From the IMG/VR virus record IMGVR_UViG_2900261899_000001, positions 41,248 to 105,247 of that record: a stretch of DNA of 64,000 nt. The stretch is one strand, 5' to 3'. The DNA is from a virus. Its lineage: Duplodnaviria; Caudoviricetes. Every line of letters begins with the position of its first letter. Position 1 is the stretch's first letter. The translations under genes were made by a program, and so were the position numbers. Shown here one piece after another: positions 63,996 to 64,000 of this stretch. The notes beneath the pieces are model-generated. The model saw only the letters and a program-made list of their open reading frames with translations. It was not told where the DNA came from and did no database searches.

Positions 63996-64000
63996 CTTGC

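Larger units (their letters stand above)
1..64000. mobile_element. Temperate myovirus-like prophage / repABC phage-plasmid, both ends outside the window
   Basis: Head-to-lysis morphogenesis operon on - strand, recombination genes on + strand, repABC embedded among phage early genes; no integrase or host housekeeping gene seen. Confidence 0.9.

Noticed and set aside
1-64000. tRNA, rRNA, integrase or IS elements
   Set aside because: None recognised; a tRNAscan/HMM search was not possible

Overview
This GC-rich window is most of a temperate myovirus-type phage of an alphaproteobacterium (inferred Methylobacterium-like host) carrying its own repABC replicon, so probably a phage-plasmid. The + strand left arm (1-22.6 kb) holds recombination genes (SMC-like ATPase, YqaJ, RecT), a cytosine methylase/radical-SAM cluster, repABC and small accessory genes. 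The - strand right arm holds portal, protease, capsid, neck, sheath, tube, chaperone, tape measure, baseplate, fibres/spikes and lysis genes, interrupted by accessory islands. The standout is a candidate RNA-guided system. An island encodes an HNH nuclease and a stand-alone RAMP/Cas7-like protein (51608-52183), followed by a GGY-NN pentamer array with a 3' hairpin. Two more arrays with the same scaffold and their own promoters sit at 33118-33236 (+) and 46031-46124 (-). Reading only the variable NN dinucleotides with one target base skipped between them (NNxNNx) gives near-matches to the phage gene next to each of those two arrays: 19/22 nt to the tape-measure 3' end and 22/30 nt to the start of the gene at 33063. 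The skipped base is the codon wobble position. This points to gapped-code guide RNAs aimed at related phages, with the carrier's own alleles mismatched. All protein assignments come from motif recognition by eye; no searches were run.
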